Source: Thermodesulfobacteriota bacterium (GTDB lineage: Bacteria; Desulfobacterota; Desulfobulbia; Desulfobulbales; SURF-16). Taken from it: a stretch of DNA of 64,000 bases. Positions within the stretch are counted from its first letter, which is position 1. Every line of letters begins with the position of its first letter. The stretch spans positions 11,663-75,662 of the forward strand of contig JBDLIE010000009.1 in the NCBI GenBank assembly GCA_039715015.1. The letters are read 5' to 3'. The notes beneath the pieces were generated by a model. The model was not told where the DNA came from. It made no database searches and saw only the letters and a list, made by a program, of their open reading frames with translations. Of the stretch, positions 9,484-18,566 are shown one piece after another. A program made the position numbers and the translations under genes.

Positions 9484-10923
9484 ATGTCGACTTCCAGTAA
9501 TAAGATCCTCATCGTTGACGATGATCAAGATGTCCGCATCGGCCTCTTTGAGACCTTGAGCCGGGGGAAATTTCAGGTCATGGCGGCGGAGAATGTCACC
9601 ATGGCCCTGGAGATGGTGGCCGATAATCAGCCGGATCTGGTCCTTGCCGATCTGAAAATGCCTGACGGCAATGGCCTGGATCTTTTGAAGAAGATCAAGG
9701 TGCAGGTCCCTGAGTTGCCGGTGATTCTCGTCACCGGTCATGCCTCGGTTGATACAGCCGTGGAGGCCATGCGCCTGGGAGCCCAGGATTATATTCTTAA
9801 ACCCTTTCAGCGCGAGGCAGTCCTGGAAACGGTGGATATGGCCTTGCGCCGCCAGCGCCTGACTCCGGTGACCAGTGCCTTGACAACGGCCCGCAGAAAG
9901 AGGGGCGGCGGCAAGGAAAAACCTATTGTCGGCAACTCTGAGCCCTTGCGTAAGATTATGATCAGGGCCAAGAGCGTAGCGTCAAGCAAGGCCACGGTTC
10001 TTATTTTGGGTGAATCTGGCACCGGTAAAGAGGTTTTTGCCCGCTATATTCATAATGAAAGTGACCGCAAGCATGGCCCTTTTGTTGCTCTGAACTGCGC
10101 CGCTTTGCCGGAAGGGTTGCTTGAGAGCGAGCTTTTTGGCCATGAAAAGGGGGCCTTTACCGGGGCGGTGGCAGCGAAGAAAGGCAAGTTTGAGCTTGCC
10201 AGCGGCGGTACCCTGCTCCTTGATGAAATTGGTGAAGTGCCCTTGCATCTCCAGGCTAAGCTCCTCAGAGTGCTCCAAGAGGAAGAGGTGGATCGTTTGG
10301 GCGGCAGTTCGCCGGTGCGGGTTGATGTTCACGTGGTGGCCACCACCAACCAGGATCTTGCTAAAATGGTCAAGGATGGGACTTTTCGCCAGGATCTCTT
10401 CTATCGTCTCAACGTCATCCCTCTGCATCTCCCGTCGTTGGCGGAGAGGCCAGGGGATATTCCCCTCTTGGCCCAGTATTTTCTGGAGAAGTTTTCCAGC
10501 CAATACAATAAGGAGCTTAAGGAGTTTTCCGGCCCGGTGCGTAAGTATTTTATCGAGTATGACTGGCCCGGCAATGTCCGGGAGATGGAAAACCTGGTGG
10601 AGCGCGCTGTTCTTCTTAATCAGGATAGCCAATATGTCCCGCAAGATTTTTGGGATGATGTGACTCTTGGACCAGTGGATGAAGCTTCTGCACCTCAATG
10701 GCAGATTGCCGAGCCGGTCCAAGGCCATGAAAGCCAGGCCATTAAGACGCTTACCGATGCAGGTGAAGTTGTGCCGCTTAAAGATGTAGAGCGTCAAATG
10801 ATCCTACATGCCCTCCAAAAAACTGACAATAACCGCACCCATGCGGCCAAGATGCTCGGCATCTCAGTGCGTACTCTGCGCAATAAGTTGCATGAGTATC
10901 GCAATAAAGGGATTTTGGATTAA
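9484..10923 (+). CDS. Sigma54-dependent response regulator (FleR/FlrC/FlgR-like)
   Basis: Intact receiver (ILIVDDD, LADLKMP, KP), AAA+ with GAFTGA, C-terminal LGISVRTLRNKL HTH; directly upstream of flgB. Confidence 0.9.
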   Translation: MSTSSNKILIVDDDQDVRIGLFETLSRGKFQVMAAENVTMALEMVADNQPDLVLADLKMPDGNGLDLLKKIKVQVPELPVILVTGHASVDTAVEAMRLGAQDYILKPFQREAVLETVDMALRRQRLTPVTSALTTARRKRGGGKEKPIVGNSEPLRKIMIRAKSVASSKATVLILGESGTGKEVFARYIHNESDRKHGPFVALNCAALPEGLLESELFGHEKGAFTGAVAAKKGKFELASGGTLLLDEIGEVPLHLQAKLLRVLQEEEVDRLGGSSPVRVDVHVVATTNQDLAKMVKDGTFRQDLFYRLNVIPLHLPSLAERPGDIPLLAQYFLEKFSSQYNKELKEFSGPVRKYFIEYDWPGNVREMENLVERAVLLNQDSQYVPQDFWDDVTLGPVDEASAPQWQIAEPVQGHESQAIKTLTDAGEVVPLKDVERQMILHALQKTDNNRTHAAKMLGISVRTLRNKLHEYRNKGILD

Positions 10924-11038
10924 ATCCTCTTTTTTCTGTCATTCCAGAATCTTATCACTCTATTTCTGGGCCCGTTTTTCTGATTTTTCTCTTCGGTGTC
11001 ATTTTTCTGGCACCACTTGGCATTCCTGCCCTTGTGGG

Positions 11039-11054
11039 CGGCATAATCCTTGCA
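11039..11054 (+). promoter_or_regulatory. Sigma54 (-24/-12) promoter of the flgB operon
   Basis: CGGCATAATCCTTGCA: GG-N10-GC with TTGCA, about 90 nt upstream of flgB. Confidence 0.75.
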
Positions 11055-11146
11055 AAAAAACTGGCCAGGTGCAAATTTTGCCCTTTGTCTGTGATTACGC
11101 AGGGGGCAATAGACAAAATAAAGCAGCAAGATAAGGAAGAGACGTA

Positions 11147-11533
11147 ATGCCCATAAATAAAATGTTCGGCGGCAACCTACCTGTGATGGAACAGGCATTG
11201 AACCTTCGTTATGAGCGCCAGGGGCTGATCCAGTCCAATGTCGCCAATATGGAAACCCCAGGTTACACCAGTCAGGATTTTCCCTTTGCCAAGGCCATGG
11301 AAACGGCCATGCAGGGCTCTGGTACTCTTAGCAAGACGGATTCCCGTCACATTGATCTTGACCCGGTGGCCTCTGGTTTAAGTAAACAATTTGCCCAGGA
11401 GAAACGCCCAGTCGACCTGGATGAAGAGATGGTCAAACTATCCGAGAACCAGCTGATGTATGAGATTGCCGCCAAAATTGTCGGTAAAAAATTTGACGGT
11501 CTGAAATACGCCATCGATGAAGGAGGCAAATAA
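11147..11533 (+). CDS. flgB: Flagellar basal-body rod protein FlgB
   Basis: SNVANMETPGY and VDLDEEM motifs. Confidence 0.93.
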   Translation: MPINKMFGGNLPVMEQALNLRYERQGLIQSNVANMETPGYTSQDFPFAKAMETAMQGSGTLSKTDSRHIDLDPVASGLSKQFAQEKRPVDLDEEMVKLSENQLMYEIAAKIVGKKFDGLKYAIDEGGK

Positions 11534-11964
11534 TGGACATTCTGACAGCCCTCAAAATTAGTGGCTCCGGCCTGAAAGCGGAAAGGGAGCGTTTAAATGT
11601 TACGGCCATGAACCTGGCCAACGCCAATACAACAAGGACCATGGAAGGCGGACCGTATAAGGCCAAATCCGTTGTTTTCGGTTCCCGCCCGGTGGCCAGT
11701 TTCCGGGAGACCTTAGACTCCAGCCAGGCCCGCTTGCAAAAGGTCGAAGTGGTGAAAGTGGTTGAAGACGATAAACCCTTCAAGGAGGTGTACGACCCCT
11801 CCCATCCTGATGCCGACGAGAATGGCATTGTCCAGTTCCCCAACGTTGATACTGCCGAACAGATGGTTGACATGATCAGCGCCCGTCGGGGCTATGAGGC
11901 AAATGTAACAGCCATTGATGCCGTAAAGAGCATGGCCTTAAAGGCCTTGGATATCAGCCGTTAA
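11533..11964 (+). CDS. flgC: Flagellar basal-body rod protein FlgC
   Basis: NLANANTTR, GGPY, YDPSHPDAD, PNV, YEAN motifs. Confidence 0.96.
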   Translation: MDILTALKISGSGLKAERERLNVTAMNLANANTTRTMEGGPYKAKSVVFGSRPVASFRETLDSSQARLQKVEVVKVVEDDKPFKEVYDPSHPDADENGIVQFPNVDTAEQMVDMISARRGYEANVTAIDAVKSMALKALDISR

Positions 11965-11990
11965 CACCACAGCACTAAAGGAAAGAGAAA

Positions 11991-12287
11991 ATGAAGGCCC
12001 TTCCTCTGAGTCAAATTCAGCAATCATCGCTTATTGAAAAGAGTAGCAATAAAGATCCTGTGGCCTCCACCGGTTTCAGCGATGTCTTTAAAAAGTCTTT
12101 GGAGAGCGTCAATGCCAATATCCAGGATGCCGGCCAGATGGCAGAAGGACTGGTCAGCGGCCAACATTCCAATATCCATGAAACTATGATTGCCATGGAA
12201 AAATCCACAGTCTCTTTCCGTATGCTGACCAAGGTCCAGCAGAAGGTTATTGCCGCCTATCAGGATATCATGCGCATGCAGATTTAA
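11991..12287 (+). CDS. fliE: Flagellar hook-basal body protein FliE
   Basis: IHETMIAMEK and AYQDIMRMQI C-terminus. Confidence 0.94.
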   Translation: MKALPLSQIQQSSLIEKSSNKDPVASTGFSDVFKKSLESVNANIQDAGQMAEGLVSGQHSNIHETMIAMEKSTVSFRMLTKVQQKVIAAYQDIMRMQI

Positions 12288-12428
12288 AAGAGATGGCTCC
12301 TTAATGGAGCAGCGGGCAAGGGTTTTTTCTGCGCGAAGCAAGACGATGCTGCCAGAGAGTTTGTTTGATAACTAAAATTGATATATGGCCCGTGCTTTGG
12401 GGTCAACTAACAACAGATAATTGAGCTT

Positions 12429-14009
12429 ATGGCTGACGCAAAAGATATTTTCAAACAGGGATTCGCAGTACTCAAGAGCCTCACCCTGATGCAGAAGGTC
12501 GTTGCCGCGCTTGTGGTGGCAATTGTTCTCTTTGGCCTCCTGAGTTTGACCTTTGTGGGAAGCAAACCTGCAATGAAGGTCCTCTATGCTAATCTTAACA
12601 GCACTGATGCCGCCGACATCGTTGCCCAGCTCAAAGAGCGGCGGATTCCCTATGAGTTAGCGGAAAACGGCACGGCAATTCTTGTGGGTCAGGGTAATGT
12701 TTATGAGACCAGGCTTGCCATGGCTGCCGACGGTCTTCCCCGGGGAGGCGGTGTCGGCTTCGAGATTTTTGATAAAACCAGCCTGGGCACCACAGATTTT
12801 GTTCAGAAATTAAATTACCATCGGGCCCTGCAGGGTGAGTTAGCTCGAACCATTAGTCAGTTTGATAAAATTAAAGCGGCGCGTGTTCATATCGCCCAGC
12901 CTAAAGAGTCTGTTTTTGTTGAGGACACCCAGCCTCCATCAGCCTCCATCAGTGTTTCCCTTGCCGGGCGCGATAAGCTGTCAAAAAATGAAATTAAGGC
13001 CATTGTCAACCTGGTGGGCAGCGCCATTCCCGGCCTAGTCAATTCCAACATCACGATGGTGGACACTACAGGTCACCTTCTTTTTCGAAAAGAAGGTGAC
13101 GAGGATTCCCTGCTCTCCGCTACCCAGATCGAGTATCAGCAGAAGGTCGAGCGTACCCTGCGCAGTAAGCTGGAAACCATGTTTGAAGAGGTGGTTGGCG
13201 TTGAAAAAGTCATAGCCCGGGTAACCGCTGATATTGATTTTAACCATGTTGATGTCTCAGAAGAGGTGTTTGATCCTGAGACCCAGGTAATTCGGAGCGA
13301 ACAGGTGCTCACCGAGCGTGACGGCGCCGTGGATATCCAGGAGGGCATTCCCGGGGTAAAGGGACAGCTTGCCACTTTTACCGAGGCTGGTGAAACAGGT
13401 GGCGGCGGCGCTGGTTTTAAGCGCGATAATATCACCCGTAATTATGAGATCAGTAAAAAGGTCACCAGAACAAAGGCGGCCATTGGCCAGATTCGGAAGG
13501 TCTCGGTGGCGGTCATGGTGGATGGTATTTATAATAAAACAAAAAAAGATGGTAAGATGGTCAAAGAGTACCAGGCTCGCAGTGATAAGGATCTGGCCAC
13601 CTTTGTGAAAATGGCCCAGAATGCCGTGGGCTATGATCCGGAGCGCGGAGATACGGTGGAGGTTGTTTCCATGCCTTTTTACCTCTCCACCTATGTTGAG
13701 CCAACACCTGATATGCTCGACCAGTATCGCGGCCTGCTCAATCAACTGGCCCTGCCTGTTGTTTTGCTTCTGGTTGCCATTTGCTTTTTTATGTTTGTTA
13801 TCCGCCCCTTTTTCCGCCTCATGGCAAGCCAGCAACTCCAGGCCCAGCGTTCTGCAGACCAGGCAGAGCAAGAGCTGGTAGTGGCCGAGACTCATGAGGA
13901 CCTGACCCTGACACCTCTAGGTATGACGGATAAAGAACGTATCTTTAAACTTGCCCAGTCTGATCCTGACCGGGCTGCAGATCTTGTGCGCCGTTGGCTG
14001 CGCGCTTAG
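12429..14009 (+). CDS. fliF: Flagellar MS-ring protein FliF
   Basis: Two TM segments; GFEIFD, RALQGELARTI and ARVHI motifs. Confidence 0.96.
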   Translation: MADAKDIFKQGFAVLKSLTLMQKVVAALVVAIVLFGLLSLTFVGSKPAMKVLYANLNSTDAADIVAQLKERRIPYELAENGTAILVGQGNVYETRLAMAADGLPRGGGVGFEIFDKTSLGTTDFVQKLNYHRALQGELARTISQFDKIKAARVHIAQPKESVFVEDTQPPSASISVSLAGRDKLSKNEIKAIVNLVGSAIPGLVNSNITMVDTTGHLLFRKEGDEDSLLSATQIEYQQKVERTLRSKLETMFEEVVGVEKVIARVTADIDFNHVDVSEEVFDPETQVIRSEQVLTERDGAVDIQEGIPGVKGQLATFTEAGETGGGGAGFKRDNITRNYEISKKVTRTKAAIGQIRKVSVAVMVDGIYNKTKKDGKMVKEYQARSDKDLATFVKMAQNAVGYDPERGDTVEVVSMPFYLSTYVEPTPDMLDQYRGLLNQLALPVVLLLVAICFFMFVIRPFFRLMASQQLQAQRSADQAEQELVVAETHEDLTLTPLGMTDKERIFKLAQSDPDRAADLVRRWLRA

Positions 14010-14018
14010 ATGTGAAAA

Positions 14019-15044
14019 ATGTCTCCTAAAAAAGAAACTACATCTGACAATCTGAGCGGCCCTGAAAAGGCGGCGGTCTTCCTTCTTATGCTGGGGGAGG
14101 ATTACGCCTCCGAGGTTTTTAAACGTCTTGATGACGAGGAAATCCGCAATGTCGGTCGTCAGATGGCGAAGATTGACAGGGTGGACAAAGAGGATGTTGC
14201 CTCCCTTCTTGCCGAGTTCAAGACCGATTCCGGTGGCGGCGATATCTTCCTCTCCGGTGATGACATGCTGGAGTCTGCCCTGCGTCGGGCCCTTAGCGGC
14301 GATAAGGCCGGTGAAATCCTCGAGGATATCCGTTCCGACTGGCGGCTCACCCTCTTTCAGAAGGCGAGGAAGCTTGACCCCAAGGTGTTGGTAAATTTCC
14401 TGCGCAATGAACATCCCCAGACCGTTGCCCTGGTCCTCTCTGTTCTCGACAACATTCAGGCCTCAAGTATTCTGGCTGAGCTGAAAGAGGAGGTGCAGGT
14501 TGAGGTGATCATGCGCATGGCTGAGCTGGATAAGGTCAGCCCGGAGATCCTTGTTGAGATAGACCGTGTTCTCCAGGAGGAGCTTCTTTCCGTGGAAGGT
14601 ATGGAAGGTCAGCGTCTCGGCGGTGTTGAGACCGTTGCCGAGATCCTTAATAATGCAGATCGGAGCCTGGAGGCCCAGATCCTTGAAGGCGTCGAAGAGC
14701 AGCGCGAGTCCCTGGCTGAAGAGATCCGCCGTCTCATGTTCGTTTTTGAGGATCTCCTCGGGGTGGATGACCGCGGCATCATGGCTGTTCTAAAAGAGGT
14801 TTCCACCGAAGATCTTAAGCTTGCTCTGAAAACTTCCTCTGATGAGCTTAAGGACAAGATTTTTGGCAATATGTCCCAGCGCGCCGTGGAAATGCTTAAA
14901 GAAGATATGGAGATTATGGGTCCCACCCGCATCAAGGATGTGGAGGCTGCCCAGCAGGCCATAATTAAGATTGCCAAGCGCCTGGAGCAGGAGGGCAAGG
15001 TCCAGCTTGCCGCCGGCGGTGGAGGAGAGGACGAATTTGTCTAG
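14019..15044 (+). CDS. fliG: Flagellar motor switch protein FliG
   Basis: KAAVFLL, EHPQTVALVL, MFVFEDL, NMSQRA motifs. Confidence 0.96.
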   Translation: MSPKKETTSDNLSGPEKAAVFLLMLGEDYASEVFKRLDDEEIRNVGRQMAKIDRVDKEDVASLLAEFKTDSGGGDIFLSGDDMLESALRRALSGDKAGEILEDIRSDWRLTLFQKARKLDPKVLVNFLRNEHPQTVALVLSVLDNIQASSILAELKEEVQVEVIMRMAELDKVSPEILVEIDRVLQEELLSVEGMEGQRLGGVETVAEILNNADRSLEAQILEGVEEQRESLAEEIRRLMFVFEDLLGVDDRGIMAVLKEVSTEDLKLALKTSSDELKDKIFGNMSQRAVEMLKEDMEIMGPTRIKDVEAAQQAIIKIAKRLEQEGKVQLAAGGGGEDEFV

Positions 15045-15774
15045 TATTGTTGAATTCAAAGACATGCTGGCCGTGGATGACGAGGAAAATTTTGTCTCCT
15101 ACGAGTCCCTTATGGGTGAAGAAGAGGAAGATGTTGACAAGGGACCTGACCTTCTCGAGGTCGCCCTTAAGGAAGTAGAAAAATCAAAGGAAGAGGCCCG
15201 GCGGCTTGTCAGTGAGGCAGAAGATCGGGTGGCAGAATTGGAAAAGGAGGCCTACGAAAAGGGTTTCCAAAAAGGTGAGGAAGAGGGCCGGCAGGTAGGT
15301 GAAGAAGCTTTGGCCGAAAAGATAAGCCAGGCCAGCCAGGTTATTGCCGCTGTTAATGAAGAACGCCAGCGAATTTGTTCTCTCTACGAAAAAGATACCC
15401 TCGCCCTTGTTTTGACCATGGTTGAGCAATTAGTGAATCATGAGGTCTCGGTTAATCATCTGGTCATTGAAAAATGCCTGCAAAAGGCTTTGGAATTTGT
15501 TGTAGACAACTCCCAGGTTATAGCCCATCTGCATCCCGACGATTTTATGCAGGTCAAGGATGCGGTGGTGGAAGACCCACTTTTTCTTGAAAATACCGAT
15601 AAGGTTGAACTTATGGAAGACCCTGCGATCAGCCCGGGCGGTTGTCTCCTTGAAACCACCTTTGGTGAAATTGATGCGACCCTGGAAAATTGCAAGGACA
15701 AACTCTTTAAGGCTGTTGAACAGTCCTTTGCGCTAGCTCTTGCAGAGACAAACGAGGAGTCAACTGAGGGCTGA
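15037..15774 (+). CDS. fliH: Flagellar assembly protein FliH
   Basis: AYEKGFQKGEEEG (GxxxG) repeats, HPDD, GGCLLETTFGEIDA. TTG start at 15037 follows GGAGGAGAGG. Confidence 0.88.
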   Translation: MSSIVEFKDMLAVDDEENFVSYESLMGEEEEDVDKGPDLLEVALKEVEKSKEEARRLVSEAEDRVAELEKEAYEKGFQKGEEEGRQVGEEALAEKISQASQVIAAVNEERQRICSLYEKDTLALVLTMVEQLVNHEVSVNHLVIEKCLQKALEFVVDNSQVIAHLHPDDFMQVKDAVVEDPLFLENTDKVELMEDPAISPGGCLLETTFGEIDATLENCKDKLFKAVEQSFALALAETNEESTEG

Positions 15775-15818
15775 GGGTTGCACGTCGCGCAAGCCTTCAC
15801 CTCTCACTCAATCTTCCC

Positions 15819-17126
15819 ATGTTAGATCTCTCCCATTGCATAAAGGCGGCTCAAAATACGGAAACCGTGGCTGTGAGCGGCCGGGTGAGCCAGGTCATTG
15901 GTATGGTCATTGAATCCAATGGTCCCGGCATTCCGGTGGGCTCCATGTGCGAGGTTGATGCCTTTAAGGGCGCCACCCGGATTCCGGCCGAGGTCGTGGG
16001 CTTTCGGGAGGGCAAGGTGCTTTTGATGCCCCTGGGTGAAATGCGGGGGGTTGAACCTGGCAGTGCCATCAGACTGGTGGACGGCCAGGCCCAGGTACCT
16101 GTGGGTAGCAATCTTCTAGGGCGTATTATCGATGGCATGGGGCAGCCCATGGACGGTAAGGGCCCTTTGCTTACCGAGCGTCATTATCCTCTTTATGCCG
16201 AACCACTTAATCCCATGGAGCGGGAACGTATCCTTGAGCCTATTGATGTCGGGGTTCGGGCCATTAATGGTCTGCTCACCCTTGGTAAGGGCCAACGGAT
16301 TGGTATTATGGCTGGTTCTGGAGTCGGTAAATCGACCCTGCTCGGCATGATCGCCCGAAACACCGCAGCTGATGTTTCTGTTATCGCCCTTGTTGGCGAG
16401 CGTGGTCGTGAGCTCAAGGATTTTATCGAACGTGATCTCGGTCCTGAAGGCCTGGCGCGTTCTGTGGTGGTGGTGGCCACCTCGGACCAACCCCCACTGG
16501 TAAGAATGCGGGGCGCTTATCTTGCCATGTCGATTTCTGAATATTTTCGGGATCAATGCCGTGATGTCATTTTGATGATGGATTCGGTGACCAGATTTGC
16601 TATGTCAAGCCGTGAGGTTGGCCTTGCCATTGGCGAGCCTCCTACCTCAAGGGGCTACACCCCATCTGTTTTTTCGCAGCTGCCGAAACTTCTGGAAAGG
16701 GCTGGCACCTGTGAAGGAAAGGGCAGTATTACCGGCATTTACACGGTGCTTGTTGAAGGTGATGATATGAACGAACCCATCGGTGATGCGGTGCGTTCCA
16801 TTGTCGATGGTCATATTGTTCTTGATCGTCAACTTGCCAACCAGGGCCATTATCCTTCCATTGAGGTCCTTTCCAGCGTCAGTCGTTGTATGACAGATGT
16901 GGTCTCTGCCGAACAGGTGAGAAAAGCAAAAGAGATGCTTGAGGTGTTGGCAACCTACCGTCGTTCTGAGGATCTTATTAATATCGGGGCATACGCCCAG
17001 GGGACCAACCCCAAAATTGACAGGGCCATAGGTCTTATTGATTCCATTAATCAGTTCCTGAAGCAGCCCGTGGACCAAAGGGCACCCATGGATGAATGTG
17101 TCCATCAGCTTTTAACCCTCATATGA
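15819..17126 (+). CDS. fliI: Flagellar export ATPase FliI
   Basis: AGSGVGKSTLLGMIAR, GERGRE, DSVTRFA, GSITGIYTVLVEGDD. Confidence 0.96.
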   Translation: MLDLSHCIKAAQNTETVAVSGRVSQVIGMVIESNGPGIPVGSMCEVDAFKGATRIPAEVVGFREGKVLLMPLGEMRGVEPGSAIRLVDGQAQVPVGSNLLGRIIDGMGQPMDGKGPLLTERHYPLYAEPLNPMERERILEPIDVGVRAINGLLTLGKGQRIGIMAGSGVGKSTLLGMIARNTAADVSVIALVGERGRELKDFIERDLGPEGLARSVVVVATSDQPPLVRMRGAYLAMSISEYFRDQCRDVILMMDSVTRFAMSSREVGLAIGEPPTSRGYTPSVFSQLPKLLERAGTCEGKGSITGIYTVLVEGDDMNEPIGDAVRSIVDGHIVLDRQLANQGHYPSIEVLSSVSRCMTDVVSAEQVRKAKEMLEVLATYRRSEDLINIGAYAQGTNPKIDRAIGLIDSINQFLKQPVDQRAPMDECVHQLLTLI

Positions 17127-17142
17127 GGGGAGACCTTAAGAA

Positions 17143-17583
17143 ATGTTCCGTTTTCGCTTGCAGGCAGTTGAGACCATTCGCCAGAATGAGGAAGAGCAGG
17201 CCCAGCTTAAACTTGGACGTGAACAGACCATACTTCAGAATCATCTAAACCGCCTTGCCGACTACAAACAAGAGAGGGGGGAAATGGTAGATTCTCTCGC
17301 CGCTAAAGAGAAAGAGAAGGTGAAAGGATCCATGGTTCAGTTTTACATGGAGGCCATCCGCTCCAAAGAGGTCTTGATGAAGATGCTGGGAAATACCATT
17401 GCCAGCCAGGAACAGGTGGTGCATCAAGCCCGTATGGACTTAACTGAAGCGGTGAAGGAACGGAAAGTTGTCGAAGTCATCCGCAAAAGGGATTATGAAA
17501 AATATCTGGCTGAGGAACGTAAAAAAGAACAGAATGAAAGTGATGAGATGGCAGTGCTCCGTTATGGCAGGTCATCCTCCTAA
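17143..17583 (+). CDS. fliJ: Flagellar export chaperone FliJ
   Basis: MFRFRLQ N-terminus, coiled coil, EQNESDE C-terminus; follows fliI. Confidence 0.9.
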   Translation: MFRFRLQAVETIRQNEEEQAQLKLGREQTILQNHLNRLADYKQERGEMVDSLAAKEKEKVKGSMVQFYMEAIRSKEVLMKMLGNTIASQEQVVHQARMDLTEAVKERKVVEVIRKRDYEKYLAEERKKEQNESDEMAVLRYGRSSS

Positions 17584-17607
17584 GCCTTTGTTCTCAAAAA
17601 GAAAACA

Positions 17608-18117
17608 ATGTCCGTTGCTGCCATGAAAAACAAAGTGAAAATAGCCTTGCTCGGTCTTGTGACGTTGGGCCTTGCCGCGCCGGGCCTTGGCGCTAATAAG
17701 CCTGTGCGGGCAACTGTTGAAGAGGCGGCCTTTTCCGTTTCTCTGAAGTCCCGGGAGCAGGCTGTCGCTGTCAAAGAAAAGGAACTTGCCCAAAAAATGC
17801 AGGATTTGGCTCTTATGCAGAAAGATGTTGATGCCAAACTCGCGGAAATGCTGGTTTTGCAAAAGACCATTTCTCAGAAATTGACTGAGCTTAAGGCAGA
17901 ACAGGATCTCGAATTTAAGAATTTGATCAAGGTCTACTCCAATATGAGCGCCTCCAAGGTGGCTCCTCTTTTAAACCAGATGGAAGACGTCAATGTTTCT
18001 AAAATCTTGCGCGCCATGAAAAATGATCTGGTTGCTAAAATTATCCCCAAGCTCGACCCCCAAAAAGCTGTGCGAGTGAGCCGTTTACTTGGCCGTATCA
18101 GCGAATCATCCCGGTAG
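17608..18117 (+). CDS. MotE/FlbB-like flagellar protein (coiled coil plus MgtE-N-like repeats)
   Basis: Signal/anchor, coiled coil, then LIKVYSNMSASKVAPLL and ILRAMKNDLVAKII; usual position between fliJ and fliK. Confidence 0.82.
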   Translation: MSVAAMKNKVKIALLGLVTLGLAAPGLGANKPVRATVEEAAFSVSLKSREQAVAVKEKELAQKMQDLALMQKDVDAKLAEMLVLQKTISQKLTELKAEQDLEFKNLIKVYSNMSASKVAPLLNQMEDVNVSKILRAMKNDLVAKIIPKLDPQKAVRVSRLLGRISESSR

Positions 18118-18469
18118 CATTTTCTTTTCATCCCATAGGCTGCTTCTGTAGTTGTTGTGTTGTCATCTCAATTGAGACAGCCATAGAAAGGTTCATTCAT
18201 ACCTTTGCGTCAACAAAGGTATGAAAACCTAACAATTATGCTCGTGCCCTGAGCTTGGCGAAGGGGGGCTGTATCCATGGCATTGCCTCCTGCAATGCAC
18301 TCCTCTTGTTTCGTTTTTTTCCTTGAATTCACCCGGTAAATCTTGCCCATCTCTCTTGTGGAGCTATTTTTTTTCACCTGCTTTATTGGGAAATAATTTC
18401 ACCATAACTAGCTGGAATAAAAGGAGGAAATATATTTTTATTTTATTTGAGCCCGGGCCTCTCTCCATT

Positions 18470-18485
18470 TGGCATAGCCGTTGCT
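18470..18485 (+). promoter_or_regulatory. Sigma54 (-24/-12) promoter of fliK-flgD-flgE
   Basis: TGGCATAGCCGTTGCT, a near-consensus GG-N10-GC, preceded by an AT-rich tract. Confidence 0.85.
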
Positions 18486-18566
18486 CTATCAAGGGTAACG
18501 CAAGACATCAGGGAAAAAGATACCTGTCTGGTATCGAGGTCAATTTGCAAACGAGGGAGGAAATCC

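Noticed and set aside
11008..11023. TGGCACCACTTGGCA as a sigma54 promoter
   Set aside because: GG-to-GC spacing is off by one; the correctly spaced site is 11039-11054.
18447..18566. ORF-track N-terminal extension of fliK
   Set aside because: It overlaps the sigma54 promoter; a strong RBS precedes the GTG at 18567.
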